Source: Sphyrna mokarran
Taxonomy: Eukaryota
DNA length: 64,000 nt
Reading direction: 5' to 3'
Assembly (NCBI GenBank): GCA_024679065.1
Contig: JAGIQG010000040.1
Span: 10,354,001 to 10,418,000, forward strand
Shown piece by piece: positions 63,228 through 64,000 of the stretch (position 1 is the first letter of the stretch; each line of letters starts with the position of its first letter). The notes under the pieces were generated by a model, which was not told the origin of the DNA, did no database searches, and worked only from the letters and a program-made list of their open reading frames with translations. The position numbers and the translations under genes were made by a program.

Positions 63228-64000
63228 AATACAGAGACATAGAAACACAGAGAGAGAAAAACAGAGATTCAGAGACACAGAGAGAAAAACACAGAGAGAC
63301 AGAGACACAGAGAAACACAGAGACACACAGACAGAGAGAAAGAATAACACAGAGAGACAGAGACACAGAGACAGAAAAACACAGAAACACAGAAAAACAC
63401 AGACAGACAGAGACACACAGACAGAAAAACACAGAGAGACAGACACACAGAGAGAAAAACACAGAAAGACAGAGACACAGAGAAACACAGAGACACACAG
63501 ACAGAGAGAAAAACACAGAGAGACAGAGAAACACAGAGACACACAGAGAGAAAAACACAGACACACAGACAGAGAGAGAGAAAAACACAGAGAAACACAG
63601 AGAAACGTAGAGAGAAAAATAGAGAGACAGAGACACACAGAGAGAAAACACAGACAGACAGAGACACAGAGAAACACAGAGACACACAAAGAAAAAAACA
63701 CAGAGAGACAGAGACACAGAGAAACACAGAGACACATAGAGAGAAAAACACAGAGACACAGAGAAACCCAGAGACACAAAGACACACAGAGACACAGAGA
63801 CACACAGAGAAAAACACAGAAATACAGAGATACAGAGAAACATAGAGACACACAGACACACACAGAGCAAAACACAGAAATACAGAGACACAGAGAAATA
63901 CAGAGACACACAGACACACAGAGAAAAAACACAAAGGCACATAGAAACACAGAGACAAATAGAGAAAAAAAACACAGACACAGAGAGGATAGAGACAGAG
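63228..64000. repeat. ACAGAG/ACAC low-complexity satellite, runs off window
   Basis: acacagagagac/agaaacacag degenerate units; source of spurious C/V/S/L-rich ORFs. Confidence 0.95.

Noticed and set aside
63047-63981. Long ORFs of 187-255 aa
   Set aside because: Translations of ACAGAG low-complexity DNA; open in several frames, no domain content.

Overview
Vertebrate genomic DNA, almost certainly a shark or other elasmobranch (shark-type IgM VH and TM exons, CR1 LINEs, V-SINEs). It is not prokaryotic, and most of the ORF track is noise or retroelement fragments. From left to right: (1) An intact-looking germline IgM-type VH gene on the minus strand (leader 600-645, V exon 165-469, 23-bp RSS, palindromic TATA); its D/J/C would lie left of the window. 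(2) An old ~13-14 kb tandem duplicate of that VH plus its upstream flank, carrying a VH pseudogene at ~14.2-14.4 kb. (3) A 204-N assembly gap. (4) A lymphoid enhancer-like motif cluster at ~27.5 kb and two intact IgM-type transmembrane exons on the plus strand (30197-30473), with no CH exons recognisable in the window. (5) Dense CR1 LINEs, Penelope remnants with minimal hammerhead ribozymes, a Gypsy integrase remnant and V-SINEs. (6) A two-exon GPR139/142-like GPCR broken by one in-frame TGA. (7) A tRNA cluster (48-61 kb) built by inverted duplications, with 11 full-length tRNA genes plus relics. (8) A CpG-island promoter with a 33-bp RFX+YY1 tandem repeat, then a low-complexity satellite. Best leads: a tRNA-Pro(AGG) with a canonical-position intron, a covarying ~120-nt RNA structure plus captured V-SINE in the 3' UTR of a CR1 subfamily (4 copies), and the orphan, oppositely oriented IgM TM exons. 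Repeat boundaries are approximate, read by eye.
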